Assembly: GCF_000008645.1 (NCBI RefSeq)
Contig: NC_000916.1
Span: 1-32,000 of the forward strand
Length of the DNA: 32,000 bases
Source: Methanothermobacter thermautotrophicus str. Delta H
GTDB taxonomy: Archaea; Methanobacteriota; Methanobacteria; Methanobacteriales; Methanothermobacteraceae
Reading direction: 5' to 3'
The notes under the pieces are model-generated. The model made no database searches. It saw nothing but the letters and a program-made list of their open reading frames with translations, and was not told where the DNA came from. The position numbers and the translations under genes are program-made. Positions 20,215 through 31,338 of this stretch are shown piece by piece; the first letter of the stretch is position 1; every line of letters begins with the position of its first letter.

Positions 20215-20652
20215 ATGATCATCAACGGAGAAGGACATATCCTTGGAAGACTGGCAAGTGTCGTCAGCAAGAAGCTCCTTGAGGGGGAGGAAGTGATCGT
20301 CTTAAATGCCGAGAAGATCCTGATCACAGGTTCTAAGGAATGGGCATACGGCAAGTACAAGCAGAGGATTGACAGGGCCAGCATATCCAACCCCAGAAGG
20401 ATGGGTCCCAAGTACCCCAGAAGGCCCGACGACATATTCAGAAGGACCGTGAGGGGCATGCTACCCTACAAGAAATCAAAGGGAAGAGAAGCCTTCAAGG
20501 GCCTCAAGGCATATGTGGGTATTCCACGTGAATTCAAGGATGAAGAAATGGTTGAAATACCCGATGCAAAGGCAGGCAGCATAAAAAAGGGAATGGAACT
20601 CGGAGAGATCTCAGAACTTCTGGGTGCTAGATTACAGATAGGGAGTGTAATC
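20215..20652 (+). CDS. rpl13: Ribosomal protein uL13 (no stop codon before uS9; continuous frame)
   Basis: [39 protein letters not shown]; ORF runs on through LQIGSVI into the uS9 sequence. Confidence 0.95.
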
Positions 20653-21054
20653 ATGAAGAAGGTTATTCACACAAGCGGCAAAAGGAAAACCGCCATTGCA
20701 AGGGGGACCATCAGGGAAGGTAAGGGTAGAGTGAGGATCAACAAGGTCCCGGTTGAACTCTACACACCTGAACTTGCAAGGCTCAAGATCATGGAACCAC
20801 TGAAACTTGCCGGCGACGTTATAAATGACGTTGACATAAACGTCAGGGTCGTTGGTGGGGGTATAGTTGGACAGGCCGAGGCTGCAAGGATGGTCATCGC
20901 CAGGGGACTCGTGGACTGGACCAGTGACATGGACCTCAAGGAGAAGTTCGTACAGTACGACAGGACAATGCTGGTGGGAGACCCCAGACGTTCAGAGCCC
21001 AAGAAGTACGGGGGCCGAGGCGCCCGTGCAAGGAGACAGAAGAGTTACAGGTAG
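20653..21054 (+). CDS. rps9: Ribosomal protein uS9 (in frame with uL13)
   Basis: [35 protein letters not shown]...[14 protein letters not shown]; GGGAG at 20641-20645 upstream of ATG 20653. Confidence 0.96.
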   Translation: MKKVIHTSGKRKTAIARGTIREGKGRVRINKVPVELYTPELARLKIMEPLKLAGDVINDVDINVRVVGGGIVGQAEAARMVIARGLVDWTSDMDLKEKFVQYDRTMLVGDPRRSEPKKYGGRGARARRQKSYR

Positions 21055-21067
21055 ATCAATCGATAAC

Positions 21068-21075
21068 TTTATATA
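21068..21075 (+). promoter_or_regulatory. Strong candidate TATA box (TTTATATA) for the rpoN unit
   Basis: AACTTTATATATTTTTATTTTATAAA in the uS9-rpoN gap, 45 bp upstream of the rpoN ATG. Confidence 0.65.
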
Positions 21076-21112
21076 TTTTTATTTTATAAACTAAAGAGTA
21101 GAATGATTCAGT

Positions 21113-21280
21113 ATGATTCCAGTAAGATGTTTAAGCTGCGGAAAACCTGTATCAGCCTATTTCAATGAGTATCAGAGGAGAGTGGCTGATGGAGAGGACC
21201 CCAAGGACGTGCTTGATGACCTGGGTCTCAAGAGGTACTGCTGCAGACGAATGTTAATTTCACATGTTGAGACATGGTAG
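21113..21280 (+). CDS. rpoN: DNA-directed RNA polymerase subunit N
   Basis: Hand translation [55 protein letters not shown] (55 aa), CxxC...CC zinc motif; absent from the ORF track. Confidence 0.98.
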   Translation: MIPVRCLSCGKPVSAYFNEYQRRVADGEDPKDVLDDLGLKRYCCRRMLISHVETW

Positions 21281-21403
<123 letters not shown>

Positions 21404-21457
21404 TCAAATCGAATCCAAGAACCTCTATTTTAATGTTTTTCTTGGAGGCATATGCAT

Positions 21458-21637
21458 ATGGCGTCAAAAAAACTCACACGTTTTGAAAGGGCTAGGCTGA
21501 TAGGTGCCAGGGCACTCCAGATATCAATGGGTGCAAGACCACTCGTTGAGATCAAGGAGTCACTGGACCCTGTTGATATAGCCAGAAAGGAACTTGAAAA
21601 GAAGGTCATGCCACTGGACGTTAGAAGAGACAAATAA
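21458..21637 (+). CDS. rpoK: DNA-directed RNA polymerase subunit K (Rpb6 homologue)
   Basis: [55 protein letters not shown]; GGAGG upstream; ATG 21452 is an alternative start. Confidence 0.97.
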   Translation: MASKKLTRFERARLIGARALQISMGARPLVEIKESLDPVDIARKELEKKVMPLDVRRDK

Positions 21638-21638
21638 A

Positions 21639-21680
21639 CTCTAATAAACCACTATTTTTCAGTCTAGAGTTTATTATGAG
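21639..21680 (+). repeat. Inverted repeat in the rpoK-eno gap
   Basis: CTC-TAATAAAC (21639-21649) pairs with GTTTATTA-(T)-GAG (21669-21680). Confidence 0.75.
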
Positions 21681-21688
21681 GTGTTTTA

Positions 21689-22939
21689 ATGGAAAGTATT
21701 ATTGAAGATGTTAGAGTAAGGAAAATTCTTGACAGCAGGGGAAACCCGACGGTTGAGGTTGATGTTATAACCTGGAACGGCTTTGGAAGGGCTGCAGCCC
21801 CCAGCGGTGCAAGCACAGGTTCCAGGGAGGTTGCAGCCTTCCCATCAGGGGGGGTTGATGAGATAATAACAGAGGTCGAGGATATAATCTCCTCAGAACT
21901 CATAGGAATGGATGCAGTGGACCTCCAGGACATAGACCTCGTCCTAAAGGAGATCGACGGGACCGAAAATCTCTCATCTCTGGGAGGTAACACCGTGGTG
22001 GCTGTTTCAATGGCAACCGCAAAGGCAGCAGCATCATCCTACAACATGCCCCTCTACAGGTTCCTCGGCGGAAACCTTGCAACATCCATACCCTACCCCC
22101 TGGGTAACATGATAAATGGGGGGGCCCACGCAGGAAAAAACGCCCCTGACATACAGGAGTTCCTGGTTGTGCCTGTGGGTGCTGAGGACATAACCGAGGC
22201 GGTTTTCGCAAATGCAGCCGTCCATAAGAGGATAAGGGAGCTCATCCAGAAGAAGGACCCGTCCTTTGCAGGAGGTAAGGGTGATGAGGGCGGATGGGTG
22301 CCCAGCCTCTCAAACGGGGACGCCCTGGAGATACAGGCCACTGCCTGTGAGGAGGTAACAGATGAACTCGGTGTTGAGGTGAGACCATCGCTGGACCTTG
22401 CAGCGAGCGAATTCTGGGACCCTGAGATTGAGAAGTACGTCTACAGGCAGGAGAACGTCCAGAAGGACACAGGCGAACAGATAGAATTTGTTAAGGAGAT
22501 AATTGAAACCTATGACATGTACTATGTCGAGGACCCCCTCCATGAGGGAGACCTTGAGGGTTTCGCCGAGCTGACATCCCTGGTTGGTGACCGCTGCATG
22601 ATCTGTGGTGACGATATCTTCGTGACCAACAGGGAGATACTCAGGGAGGGTATAGAGATGGGTGCAGCCAACGCCATAATCATCAAGCCCAACCAGATAG
22701 GCACCCTCACAGACACCTACCTCACCGTCAAACTGGCCCTCGAGAACAGGTACACCCCTGTGGTTTCACACAGGTCAGGTGAGACAACAGATGATACCAT
22801 AGCCCACCTTGCGGTGGCCTTCGGAGCACCCCTCATAAAGACAGGTGCAATAGGCGGTGAGAGGATAGCCAAACTCAACGAACTCATACGCATACAGGAA
22901 GAGATTCCATATTCAAGGATGGCTGATCTGCCATTTTAA
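21689..22939 (+). CDS. eno: Enolase
   Basis: 416 aa; [46 protein letters not shown]. Confidence 0.98.
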
Positions 22940-22966
22940 ATATTGAAACTTATTTGAGGTGATAGA

Positions 22967-23563
22967 TTGTCAGAACTACTAATACCACTGGACAAATACC
23001 TTGCAGCAGGACTGCACATTGGAACACAGCAGAAAACAGCTGATATGGAGAAGTACATTTACCGTGTGAGATCAGACGGACTCTACGTCCTCGATATAAG
23101 GAAGACAAATGACAGGGTAATCGCGGCTTCAAAGTTCCTCTCAAAGTATGAACCCGATGACATCCTCGCTGTTTCAACAAGACAGTATGGACAGGAACCT
23201 GTGAGGAAATTCGGTGAAGTTACAGGTGCAAGGACCATACCTGGAAGGTTCATACCCGGTACACTCACAAATCCTAACTATGCGAAGTTCATTGAACCGG
23301 AGGTCCTGGTGGCCACAGATCCAAGATCAGATTCACAGGCAATCATCGAGGCCAAACAGATAGGCATACCTGTGGTTGCCCTCTGTGACACTGAAAACCT
23401 CCTTGGAAATGTTGATATAGCAATACCCGTCAACAACAAGGGACGTAAGGCCATAGCCCTTGTCTACTGGTTACTGGCAAGGCAGTTCCTCCGGGAGAAG
23501 GGCATCCTCAAGGAGGATGAGGACCTGGACATACCTCCAACAGAGTTCGAACTGAAGATCTAG
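22967..23563 (+). CDS. rps2: Ribosomal protein uS2
   Basis: 198 aa, TTG start; [40 protein letters not shown]. Confidence 0.98.
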   Translation: MSELLIPLDKYLAAGLHIGTQQKTADMEKYIYRVRSDGLYVLDIRKTNDRVIAASKFLSKYEPDDILAVSTRQYGQEPVRKFGEVTGARTIPGRFIPGTLTNPNYAKFIEPEVLVATDPRSDSQAIIEAKQIGIPVVALCDTENLLGNVDIAIPVNNKGRKAIALVYWLLARQFLREKGILKEDEDLDIPPTEFELKI

Positions 23564-23573
23564 AAGTGGTCAT

Positions 23574-24407
23574 ATGATAAGGAGACCTGCAGTGGCGGGA
23601 GCTTTCTATGAACGGGACCCCGCGGCCCTCAGAAGGCGCATTGAATGGTGTTTCGAGCATGAGCTCGGACCCGGCACCCTTCCGGCAGTGGGGTCCATGA
23701 GGAGGATAAAGGGGGTGATCGCCCCCCACGCAGGTTACATGTATTCAGGACCCGTGGCAGCACACGCCTACCATGAGCTGGTATCCGATGGAATCCCCGG
23801 GACCCTGGTGATAATCTGCCCCAACCACACAGGGATGGGGTCAGGTGTATCGCTTATGCAGCAGGGTGCATGGGAGACACCCCTCGGTACAGTGGAGATA
23901 GACTCAGAGCTTGCAGAAGCCATTGTGAGAGAATCAGGGATCATAGACCTGGATGAGACAGCACACCTCGCCGAGCACAGCTGTGAGGTGCATGTACCCT
24001 TCATCCAGTACTTCACAGATAACTTCAGGATAGTTCCAGTTACCATGTGGATGCAGGGCCATGAGACAGCCGCCGATGTTGGACATGCGGTCGCATCAGC
24101 CATCAGGGAAACCGGAAGGGATGCGGCTGTCATCGCAAGCACAGACTTCACACACTACAGTCCACAGGACATTGCTGAAGCCACCGACAGAAGGATCATT
24201 GACAGGATAACAGCAATGGATGATACCGGCATGTACGGTGTTATCAGTGAACTCAACGCAACCATGTGCGGTTATGGGCCGGTAGCGGCTACCATCATAG
24301 CCTCAAGGATTCTTGGAGCCACAGAATGCGACCTACTGAGATATGCAACAAGTGGAGATGTTACCGGTGACCGCAGCTCGGTGGTGGGCTACGCTCACTT
24401 GTCCTGA
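23574..24407 (+). CDS. MEMO-family protein
   Basis: 277 aa; RRPAVAGAFYERDPAALRRRIEWCFEH, GVIAPHAGYMYSGPVAAHAY, DFTHYSP. Confidence 0.93.
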   Translation: MIRRPAVAGAFYERDPAALRRRIEWCFEHELGPGTLPAVGSMRRIKGVIAPHAGYMYSGPVAAHAYHELVSDGIPGTLVIICPNHTGMGSGVSLMQQGAWETPLGTVEIDSELAEAIVRESGIIDLDETAHLAEHSCEVHVPFIQYFTDNFRIVPVTMWMQGHETAADVGHAVASAIRETGRDAAVIASTDFTHYSPQDIAEATDRRIIDRITAMDDTGMYGVISELNATMCGYGPVAATIIASRILGATECDLLRYATSGDVTGDRSSVVGYAHLS

Positions 24408-24422
24408 GATAAGGGTGAAACA

Positions 24423-25334
24423 TTGAAGTCGTCGGCATCCGCACCTGCCAAGGCCATTCTTTTTGGTGAACACGCAGTGGTCTACAGCAAGCCGGCAATA
24501 GCAGCCGCCATAGACCGCAGGGTGACTGTAACCGTAAGTGAATCCAGCAGCACCCATGTAACCATCCCCTCCCTGGGTATACGCCACAGTTCAGAGAGAC
24601 CATCCGGTGGCATCCTGGACTACATCGGGAGGTGCCTCGAGCTTTACCATGACGCATCACCCCTTGACATCAGGGTGGAGATGGAGATACCCGCCGGTTC
24701 AGGCCTAGGTTCATCGGCTGCACTCACCGTTGCACTGATAGGTCCCCTCGACAGGTACCATGGAAGGGATCATGGACCCGGGGAGACAGCAGCCAGGGCC
24801 CACAGGGTGGAGGTTGATGTACAGGGAGCCGCCAGCCCCCTTGACACAGCCATCAGCACCTATGGGGGCCTTGTATACCTTGACAGCCAGAGGAGGGTGA
24901 GGCAGTTTGAGGCCGACCTGGGGGACCTTGTAATAGCACACCTTGACTATTCAGGGGAAACAGCCAGGATGGTTGCCGGCGTAGCTGAAAGGTTCAGGAG
25001 ATTCCCGGATATCATGGGGAGGATAATGGACACAGTTGAGTCCATAACCAATACAGCATACAGGGAACTTCTAAGGAACAACACAGAACCCCTGGGGGAG
25101 CTCATGAACCTCAACCAGGGGCTGCTGGACTCCATGGGCGTTTCCACACGTGAACTTTCAATGATGGTCTATGAGGCAAGGAACGCCGGGGCAGCAGGTT
25201 CAAAGATCACAGGAGCCGGCGGCGGCGGGAGCATAATAGCCCACTGCCCGGGATGTGTGGATGATGTTGTCACGGCCCTTAACAGGAACTGGAAAGCCAT
25301 GAGGGCAGAGTTTTCGGTTAAGGGACTCATCTAA
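24423..25334 (+). CDS. mvk: Mevalonate kinase (GHMP kinase)
   Basis: 303 aa, TTG start; SAPAKAILFGEHAVVYSKPAIAAAIDRRV, PAGSGLGSSAALTVA, KITGAGGGGSIIA. Confidence 0.96.
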   Translation: MKSSASAPAKAILFGEHAVVYSKPAIAAAIDRRVTVTVSESSSTHVTIPSLGIRHSSERPSGGILDYIGRCLELYHDASPLDIRVEMEIPAGSGLGSSAALTVALIGPLDRYHGRDHGPGETAARAHRVEVDVQGAASPLDTAISTYGGLVYLDSQRRVRQFEADLGDLVIAHLDYSGETARMVAGVAERFRRFPDIMGRIMDTVESITNTAYRELLRNNTEPLGELMNLNQGLLDSMGVSTRELSMMVYEARNAGAAGSKITGAGGGGSIIAHCPGCVDDVVTALNRNWKAMRAEFSVKGLI

Positions 25335-25355
25335 TATTCACAGGGTGCATATGTA

Positions 25356-26156
25356 ATGATCATTCTCAAGCTTGGTGGAAGTGTAATTACCAGGAAGGAC
25401 TCTGAGGAACCTGCAATAGACAGGGATAACCTTGAAAGGATAGCCTCAGAGATAGGGAACGCTTCGCCATCATCATTGATGATAGTGCACGGCGCAGGGT
25501 CCTTTGGCCACCCATTTGCAGGTGAGTACAGGATAGGCTCGGAGATAGAGAATGAGGAGGACCTCAGGCGCCGGAGGTTTGGATTTGCACTGACCCAGAA
25601 CTGGGTTAAAAAGCTTAACAGCCATGTATGCGACGCACTCCTTGCTGAGGGAATTCCAGCAGTTTCAATGCAGCCATCAGCTTTCATAAGGGCCCATGCT
25701 GGCCGCATAAGCCACGCGGATATCTCACTGATCAGATCCTACCTTGAGGAGGGTATGGTACCGGTGGTCTACGGTGACGTTGTACTTGACTCAGACAGGA
25801 GGTTGAAATTTTCTGTCATATCAGGAGACCAGCTGATAAACCACTTCTCCCTGAGGCTGATGCCGGAGAGGGTCATACTCGGGACAGATGTGGACGGGGT
25901 ATACACCAGGAACCCTAAGAAGCACCCCGATGCAAGGCTCCTTGATGTTATAGGATCACTCGATGACCTTGAATCCCTTGACGGGACACTTAACACTGAT
26001 GTGACGGGTGGAATGGTCGGTAAGATAAGGGAACTCCTTCTGCTTGCAGAGAAGGGTGTGGAATCTGAAATAATTAATGCTGCAGTGCCCGGAAATATTG
26101 AGAGGGCCCTCCTGGGAGAGGAGGTACGGGGCACAAGAATCACAGGGAAACATTGA
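25356..26156 (+). CDS. Isopentenyl phosphate kinase
   Basis: 266 aa; MIILKLGGSVITRKDSEEPAIDRDNLERIA, IVHGAGSFGHPFA; amino acid kinase family next to mvk. Confidence 0.93.
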   Translation: MIILKLGGSVITRKDSEEPAIDRDNLERIASEIGNASPSSLMIVHGAGSFGHPFAGEYRIGSEIENEEDLRRRRFGFALTQNWVKKLNSHVCDALLAEGIPAVSMQPSAFIRAHAGRISHADISLIRSYLEEGMVPVVYGDVVLDSDRRLKFSVISGDQLINHFSLRLMPERVILGTDVDGVYTRNPKKHPDARLLDVIGSLDDLESLDGTLNTDVTGGMVGKIRELLLLAEKGVESEIINAAVPGNIERALLGEEVRGTRITGKH

Positions 26157-26190
26157 GGACATTCACGATTATCAATCAACATTCAAAGGA

Positions 26191-26198
26191 ATTTATAG
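26191..26198 (+). promoter_or_regulatory. Candidate TATA box (ATTTATAG) upstream of type II IPP isomerase
   Basis: AAAGGAATTTATAGGG in a 73-bp gap, about 39 bp before ATG 26230. Confidence 0.4.
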
Positions 26199-26229
26199 GG
26201 TGATGGAAAATTTTTAAGGGCGTTAAAAT

Positions 26230-27279
26230 ATGATTTCGGATAGGAAACTGGAGCATCTGATCCTGTGCGCCAGCTGTGATGTTGAGTACAGGAAGAAGAC
26301 AGGCTTCGAGGATATTGAGATAGTTCACAGAGCCATACCTGAAATAAACAAGGAAAAGATAGATATAAGCCTTGATTTTCTCGGCAGGGAATTATCATCT
26401 CCTGTAATGATAAGTGCAATCACAGGCGGCCACCCGGCCTCCATGAAGATAAACAGGGAACTTGCCAGGGCGGCAGAGAAACTTGGAATAGCACTTGGAC
26501 TTGGAAGTCAGAGGGCCGGGGTGGAGCACCCTGAACTTGAGGGGACCTACACCATCGCAAGGGAGGAGGCACCCTCAGCAATGCTCATAGGTAACATTGG
26601 AAGTTCACATATCGAATACGCTGAAAGGGCCGTGGAGATGATAGATGCAGACGCCCTGGCAGTGCACCTCAACCCACTCCAGGAGTCCATACAGCCCGGA
26701 GGAGACGTTGACTCATCAGGGGCCCTCGAGTCCATATCAGCAATAGTTGAGTCAGTGGACGTCCCGGTAATGGTGAAGGAGACAGGGGCAGGTATATGCT
26801 CAGAGGATGCCATTGAACTTGAATCCTGTGGTGTATCAGCCATAGATGTTGCAGGTGCAGGCGGCACCAGCTGGGCTGCCGTGGAAACATACCGGGCGGA
26901 TGACAGGTACCTCGGAGAACTCTTCTGGGACTGGGGCATACCAACCGCTGCAAGCACCGTGGAGGTCGTGGAATCTGTCAGCATCCCGGTAATAGCATCA
27001 GGGGGTATCAGGAGCGGGATCGACGCCGCCAAGGCAATATCCCTCGGTGCAGAAATGGTGGGGATTGCACTCCCGGTCCTTGAAGCAGCGGGGCATGGCT
27101 ACAGGGAAGTTATTAAGGTAATTGAGGGATTCAATGAGGCCCTCAGGACTGCAATGTACCTGGCAGGTGCAGAGACACTTGACGATCTTAAAAAATCACC
27201 AGTCATAATAACAGGCCATACAGGAGAATGGCTGAACCAAAGGGGCTTTGAAACTAAAAAATACGCCAGGAGGTCATAA
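26230..27279 (+). CDS. fni: Type II (FMN-dependent) isopentenyl-diphosphate delta-isomerase
   Basis: 349 aa; [66 protein letters not shown]. Confidence 0.96.
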   Translation: MISDRKLEHLILCASCDVEYRKKTGFEDIEIVHRAIPEINKEKIDISLDFLGRELSSPVMISAITGGHPASMKINRELARAAEKLGIALGLGSQRAGVEHPELEGTYTIAREEAPSAMLIGNIGSSHIEYAERAVEMIDADALAVHLNPLQESIQPGGDVDSSGALESISAIVESVDVPVMVKETGAGICSEDAIELESCGVSAIDVAGAGGTSWAAVETYRADDRYLGELFWDWGIPTAASTVEVVESVSIPVIASGGIRSGIDAAKAISLGAEMVGIALPVLEAAGHGYREVIKVIEGFNEALRTAMYLAGAETLDDLKKSPVIITGHTGEWLNQRGFETKKYARRS

Positions 27280-27280
27280 T

Positions 27281-28633
27281 TTGAGCGTAGAAGTAATTGC
27301 GATCGGCGGATACGAGGAAGTTGGTAAGAACATGTCCGCCGTTAAGGTAGGAGATGACGTTGTAATATTTGATATGGGGATTCACCTTGACAGGGTTCAC
27401 ATACATGAGGACACAGATATAGCAAGGATGCACAGCCTCGACCTCATTGAGAGGGGGGTCATCCCCGACGATACCCTCATGAAGGACGTTGACGGGAAGG
27501 TCAGGGCCATAGTATTCACCCATGGGCACCTTGACCATATAGGGGCAGTTGCAAAACTCGCCCACAGGTACCAGGCGCCCATAATAGCAACACCCTACAC
27601 CATAGCACTCATAGAGAGAACAATAAAGGCTGAGAGGAAGTTCAACGTCCTCAACACACTCCAGGTACTGAACGCCGGGGAGAAGTGTCAGATATCACCG
27701 GGTATAACCCTGGAGTTCATCCAGTCAACCCACAGCATACCCCAGTCAGTGATAGCAGCCCTGCACACACCGGAGGGCATAATAGTCTATGCACTGGACT
27801 TCAAATTCGACGACCACCAGAAGATATCCCCACCACCAGACTACCACCGTCTCAGGGAACTTGGAAGGAAGGGCGTCCTCGCCATGATAGTCGAGACAAC
27901 AAGGGCCAATGAGAAGCAGGAGGTCAAGACCCACTCAGAGAAGGTTGCAAGGATAGTCCTGGAGGACATAATGAAGAACCCCCTGGAGGAGAAGACCGGG
28001 ATGATCGTGACAACCTTCTCATCCCACATGGAACGTATACAGGCCATAAGTGACATAGCATCAAAGAGCGACAGGCAGATGCTTCTCCTGGGAAGGTCAA
28101 TGGAGCGCTACTGTGGACTCGCAGAGGCAATGGGGATCCTGAAACTCCCTGAGAATGCGAGCATATATGGAAGTCCCAAGGCAGTTAACAGGGCCCTTGC
28201 ACGTGCAGAGGCAAAGCGCGAGGACTACCTCCTCATAACCACGGGACATCAGGGGGAACCCGACGCACTGCTCCCAAGGATAGCCAATGCAAAGACCCAG
28301 TTCAGGATACAGAGGGGTGATAATGTTGTGATATCAGCCCCGGTCATCCCGAACCCCATGAACGTTGCCAACAGGAACCTGATGGAGAGGCGTCTGGCAT
28401 CAAGCGGTGCCAGGATCTACACCAACGCCCATGTGTCAGGGCATGCTGGAAGGGAGGACCACAGGGACTTCATAAGAATGCTGAACCCCATGCACATAAT
28501 ACCTGCCCACGGTGACCTGAGCATGCTCTCGGCCTACGCAGAGATAGCAGAGGAGGAGGGCTACAAGCTGGGTAACGATATACATATCCTAAGGAATGGA
28601 CAGGCACAGGTCTTTAATGGAGGTATCCGATGA
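27281..28633 (+). CDS. rnj: Archaeal RNase J (beta-CASP metallo-beta-lactamase ribonuclease)
   Basis: [74 protein letters not shown]; TTG 27281 has GGAGGT upstream, track start 27248 overlaps fni. Confidence 0.95.
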   Translation: MSVEVIAIGGYEEVGKNMSAVKVGDDVVIFDMGIHLDRVHIHEDTDIARMHSLDLIERGVIPDDTLMKDVDGKVRAIVFTHGHLDHIGAVAKLAHRYQAPIIATPYTIALIERTIKAERKFNVLNTLQVLNAGEKCQISPGITLEFIQSTHSIPQSVIAALHTPEGIIVYALDFKFDDHQKISPPPDYHRLRELGRKGVLAMIVETTRANEKQEVKTHSEKVARIVLEDIMKNPLEEKTGMIVTTFSSHMERIQAISDIASKSDRQMLLLGRSMERYCGLAEAMGILKLPENASIYGSPKAVNRALARAEAKREDYLLITTGHQGEPDALLPRIANAKTQFRIQRGDNVVISAPVIPNPMNVANRNLMERRLASSGARIYTNAHVSGHAGREDHRDFIRMLNPMHIIPAHGDLSMLSAYAEIAEEEGYKLGNDIHILRNGQAQVFNGGIR

Positions 28634-29607
28634 TGGAAGTAATGGATATTCTAAGGAAGTACTCTGAAATGGCTGATGAGAGGATAAGGGAGTCCATCAG
28701 TGACATAACACCCGAGACGTTACTCAGAGCATCAGAACACCTCATCACAGCAGGCGGTAAGAAGATAAGACCATCACTGGCCCTCTTAAGCTCTGAGGCT
28801 GTTGGCGGAGACCCCGGGGATGCTGCGGGTGTTGCAGCGGCAATAGAACTGATCCACACATTCTCACTCATCCACGATGATATAATGGATGACGATGAGA
28901 TCAGGAGAGGCGAACCTGCCGTCCATGTCCTCTGGGGGGAACCCATGGCCATACTCGCCGGTGATGTTCTCTTCTCAAAGGCCTTCGAGGCGGTTATCAG
29001 GAACGGTGACTCTGAAATGGTGAAGGAAGCTCTTGCAGTTGTCGTTGACTCCTGCGTCAAGATATGTGAGGGCCAGGCCCTTGACATGGGATTCGAGGAG
29101 AGGCTGGACGTCACAGAGGAGGAATACATGGAGATGATCTACAAGAAGACAGCAGCCCTCATCGCAGCAGCAACAAAGGCCGGGGCGATAATGGGTGGTG
29201 GTTCACCCCAGGAGATCGCCGCCCTCGAGGACTATGGCAGATGCATTGGTCTCGCATTCCAGATACACGACGACTACCTCGACGTGGTCAGTGACGAGGA
29301 ATCCCTTGGCAAACCAGTGGGCAGTGACATAGCAGAGGGAAAGATGACCCTCATGGTTGTGAAGGCACTTGAGAGGGCATCAGAGAAGGACAGGGAGAGG
29401 CTGATATCCATCCTGGGCTCCGGGGACGAGAAACTTGTGGCAGAGGCCATAGAGATATTTGAACGATACGGGGCAACAGAATATGCCCATGCTGTGGCCC
29501 TGGACCATGTGAGGATGGCAAAGGAACGCCTCGAGGTACTTGAGGAATCGGATGCAAGGGAAGCCCTCGCCATGATAGCCGACTTCGTCCTTGAAAGGGA
29601 ACACTAG
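28630..29607 (+). CDS. idsA: Polyprenyl synthase, short-chain (geranylgeranyl/farnesyl diphosphate synthase)
   Basis: 325 aa; [49 protein letters not shown] aspartate-rich motifs. Confidence 0.95.
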   Translation: MMEVMDILRKYSEMADERIRESISDITPETLLRASEHLITAGGKKIRPSLALLSSEAVGGDPGDAAGVAAAIELIHTFSLIHDDIMDDDEIRRGEPAVHVLWGEPMAILAGDVLFSKAFEAVIRNGDSEMVKEALAVVVDSCVKICEGQALDMGFEERLDVTEEEYMEMIYKKTAALIAAATKAGAIMGGGSPQEIAALEDYGRCIGLAFQIHDDYLDVVSDEESLGKPVGSDIAEGKMTLMVVKALERASEKDRERLISILGSGDEKLVAEAIEIFERYGATEYAHAVALDHVRMAKERLEVLEESDAREALAMIADFVLEREH

Positions 29608-31269
29608 GTGGTGCCAGTGGAGGACCTTGTCTACAGGTACGCACTCCTGAACGCTGTGAAACACAGGGGAAGGGCAAACCCGGGGGCCGTCATGGGGGCC
29701 GTCATGAGCAACGAACCTGAACTCAGGAAGATGGCGCCCCAGGTTAAGGAAGCAGTTGAGGCCGCTGTTGAGAGGGTTAACAGTTTAAGCCCCGAGGAGC
29801 AGCAGCAGGAGATGGAGAGGCTGGGCCTTGAGATCACCGAGAGGAAACAGAAGAAGCGGAAGGGTCTAAGGGAACTGGCCGGGGTGAAGGGTGAGGTGGT
29901 CCTCAGGTTCGCCCCCAACCCCAGCGGACCCCTCCACATAGGCCATGCAAGGGCCGCGATCCTCAACCATGAATATGCAAGGAAATATGACGGCAGGCTC
30001 ATCCTCAGGATAGAGGACACGGACCCCCGCAGGGTTGACCCGGAGGCCTACGATATGATTCCAGCCGACCTTGAGTGGCTGGGCGTTGAATGGGATGAGA
30101 CAGTTATCCAGAGCGACCGCATGGAAACCTACTATGAGTACACAGAGAAACTCATAGAGAGGGGTGGTGCGTATGTATGCACATGCAGGCCGGAGGAGTT
30201 CAGGGAACTCAAGAACAGGGGAGAGGCCTGTCACTGCAGGTCCCTTGGTTTCAGGGAGAACCTCCAGCGATGGAGGGAAATGTTCGAGATGAAGGAGGGC
30301 TCAGCCGTTGTGAGGGTTAAAACGGACCTGAACCACCCAAACCCTGCCATAAGAGACTGGGTCTCAATGAGGATCGTTGAGGCAGAGCACCCACGCACCG
30401 GTACACGCTACAGGGTCTACCCCATGATGAACTTCTCAGTGGCGGTTGATGACCACCTCCTTGGCGTGACACACGTCCTGAGGGGTAAGGACCACCTGGC
30501 AAACAGAGAGAAGCAGGAGTACCTCTACAGGCACCTTGGCTGGGAGCCCCCCGAATTCATACACTACGGGCGCCTGAAGATGGACGACGTTGCACTCAGC
30601 ACCTCGGGGGCCCGTGAGGGCATCCTCAGGGGTGAGTATTCTGGATGGGACGACCCACGCCTCGGAACCCTGAGGGCCATTGCAAGGAGGGGTATACGAC
30701 CGGAGGCCATAAGAAAGTTAATGGTTGAAATCGGCGTAAAGATAGCAGATTCCACAATGAGCTGGAAGAAGATCTACGGCCTCAACAGGAGCATCCTCGA
30801 AGAGGAGGCCAGGAGGTACTTCTTTGCTGCAGATCCTGTTAAACTTGAAGTGGTGGGTTTACCCGGACCTGTCAGGGTTGAAAGGCCCCTACACCCGGAC
30901 CACCCTGAAATCGGGAACAGGGTACTTGAACTGAGGGGTGAGGTGTACCTGCCGGGCGATGACCTTGGGGAAGGACCGCTGCGCCTCATAGACGCGGTTA
31001 ACGTGATCTACTCTGGGGGTGAACTGAGGTACCACAGTGAGGGCATCGAGGAGGCCCGTGAACTCGGCGCTTCAATGATACACTGGGTCCCTGCAGAGTC
31101 CGCCCTTGAGGCCGAGGTCATCATGCCGGACGCCTCCAGGGTGAGGGGAGTCATCGAGGCTGACGCATCAGAACTGGAGGTTGATGATGTTGTGCAGCTT
31201 GAGAGGTTCGGCTTCGCCCGCCTGGATTCTGCAGGCCCAGGAATGGTCTTCTACTATGCCCACAAATGA
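29608..31269 (+). CDS. gltX: Glutamyl-tRNA synthetase
   Basis: About 553 aa; RFAPNPSGPLHIGHARAAILNHEYAR, LRIEDTDP; GTG start, exact codon (29608 or 29617) uncertain. Confidence 0.97.
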   Translation: MVPVEDLVYRYALLNAVKHRGRANPGAVMGAVMSNEPELRKMAPQVKEAVEAAVERVNSLSPEEQQQEMERLGLEITERKQKKRKGLRELAGVKGEVVLRFAPNPSGPLHIGHARAAILNHEYARKYDGRLILRIEDTDPRRVDPEAYDMIPADLEWLGVEWDETVIQSDRMETYYEYTEKLIERGGAYVCTCRPEEFRELKNRGEACHCRSLGFRENLQRWREMFEMKEGSAVVRVKTDLNHPNPAIRDWVSMRIVEAEHPRTGTRYRVYPMMNFSVAVDDHLLGVTHVLRGKDHLANREKQEYLYRHLGWEPPEFIHYGRLKMDDVALSTSGAREGILRGEYSGWDDPRLGTLRAIARRGIRPEAIRKLMVEIGVKIADSTMSWKKIYGLNRSILEEEARRYFFAADPVKLEVVGLPGPVRVERPLHPDHPEIGNRVLELRGEVYLPGDDLGEGPLRLIDAVNVIYSGGELRYHSEGIEEARELGASMIHWVPAESALEAEVIMPDASRVRGVIEADASELEVDDVVQLERFGFARLDSAGPGMVFYYAHK

Positions 31270-31306
31270 TTTTTCTGTTTTCTGGGGTTTATAATTCCTT
31301 TTTTAA

Positions 31307-31338
31307 CAGGGTATCCCTGAGAAAGAATTTTTTGTTTT
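31307..31338 (+). terminator. Candidate hairpin plus T-rich terminator after gltX
   Basis: CAGGG-TAT-CCCTG (31307-31319) followed by TTTTTTGTTTT (31328-31338). Confidence 0.4.
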
